A DNA stretch of 64,000 bases, from NCBI GenBank assembly GCA_021796435.1, contig JAJYXM010000016.1, positions 182,625 to 246,624 on the forward strand, given 5' to 3'. This stretch comes from a bacterium (GTDB lineage: Bacteria; Patescibacteriota; Patescibacteriia; 2-12-FULL-60-25). This document shows positions 63,172 through 64,000 of this stretch, one piece after another (position 1 is the first letter of the stretch; each line of letters begins with the position of its first letter). Under the pieces are notes generated by a model. That model searched no databases, was not told the origin of the DNA, and worked only from the letters and a program-made list of their open reading frames with translations. A program made the position numbers and the translations under genes.

Positions 63172-63894
63172 ATGATCGAAGTCCATGGTCGCATGGTTTC
63201 CTTGAGCGCCGAGCGCGGGATAGATCTGGAAGAAGTCATTTCATCTCCGCGTTTCAAGCAGTGGGCGGAGCGTCTGGACCCCGAGATGAAGGTCAGACAT
63301 GTCCACGTGAAGTCGGCCGACAGCTTCGGCGGACGCGTGGCTTTCATCCACCTGAGGATAAACGTCGTGGATCCGAAAGGCGCAGAAGCTATCAGGTTCC
63401 TTTTCCTGCGCGGGAATTCCGTCGCGCTTTTGGCGGTATTCCTGTGCGAAGGAAGGGAATATGCCGCGATGATCGTGCAGCCGCGCGAAGCCGAAGGCGC
63501 GAGCGAATGCAAGGAGGTCGTAGGCGGCATGTGCGATAAGGGCTCGGATTATCCGACCGTCGCAGCACGTGAACTGCAGGAAGAGCTGGGGATCCAGGTG
63601 AGTCCGGAGGAACTCATCGACATGACGGAGCGCATGGCAAAGATCAAACGCTCCGGCCTGTATCCTTCGCCTGGCGCTTGTGATGAAGCGGTCCGCTTCT
63701 TCCTGTTCCGTAAGGCAATCGGGGTTCAGGAGCTGCGGGCGATGCAGGGCAAGGCTACTGGTTTGGCGCATGAAGGCGAACATCTGAAGGTGCGCATCGT
63801 GCCGATCGATGACCTGCCGCATGAATCGTCCAACATGATGGCTTGGACGGCATATCTCCTCTACCAACAACTGAAAGTCCTGGGCCGGATCTGA
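63172..63894 (+). CDS. Nudix hydrolase
   Basis: Nudix box GGMCDKGSDYPTVAARELQEELGIQV (G-x5-E-x7-REUxEExGU). GAAAGGAGG RBS upstream. Confidence 0.8.
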   Translation: MIEVHGRMVSLSAERGIDLEEVISSPRFKQWAERLDPEMKVRHVHVKSADSFGGRVAFIHLRINVVDPKGAEAIRFLFLRGNSVALLAVFLCEGREYAAMIVQPREAEGASECKEVVGGMCDKGSDYPTVAARELQEELGIQVSPEELIDMTERMAKIKRSGLYPSPGACDEAVRFFLFRKAIGVQELRAMQGKATGLAHEGEHLKVRIVPIDDLPHESSNMMAWTAYLLYQQLKVLGRI

Positions 63895-64000
63895 CCGGTG
63901 CTGCACAAGACCGTCCGCATCTCTCGCGGGCGGTTTCTGATATCAAGAGCCTTGACAATGTGTGATATTTCGGGTATTTTCTTTTGTCGGTCTTTTTAGC

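Overview
The window is a 64-kb chromosomal segment of a small-genome bacterium, about 53% GC with a few GC-rich islands. It uses the standard genetic code: UGA is a stop codon and RF2 is present. The 16S rRNA is divergent and is not linked to a 23S gene, the SMC protein is truncated, and there is one giant surface protein; these traits are consistent with a Patescibacteria/CPR-like lineage, but this is inference only. Core content: rpoB (3' part) and rpoC; yebC, ruvC, gyrA, clpP, rbfA and an NrnA-like DHH phosphoesterase; smc; nusA, yidC, groES and groEL (with a CIRCE operator); prfB (RF2), tsaC and rsmA; a 16S rRNA gene; tRNA-Val(GAC) and valS; a ThyA-family protein and a Nudix hydrolase. Accessory and unusual content: (1) a four-helix-bundle protein gene of the kind found in 23S rRNA intervening sequences, bracketed by an 18-bp long-range stem and inserted between the normally adjacent yebC and ruvC; (2) a GIY-YIG endonuclease gene inserted at tRNA-Val together with a roughly 67-bp direct repeat and a partial tRNA duplicate; (3) two tandem paralogous genes downstream of the unlinked 16S whose motif pattern resembles an atypical protein-kinase fold; (4) an 11.1-kb gene encoding a 3698-aa cysteine-rich surface protein with CBM-like and PKD-like segments, in an operon with a TSP3-repeat membrane protein and downstream of DUF3006-VanW and Hsp20 genes; (5) a hinge-less 748-aa SMC; (6) a degenerate sigma-54 activator-domain protein lacking Walker A; (7) a 350-nt GC-rich untranslated structured region next to a small protein with 14 cysteines. 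No CRISPR array, 23S rRNA or transposase was found.
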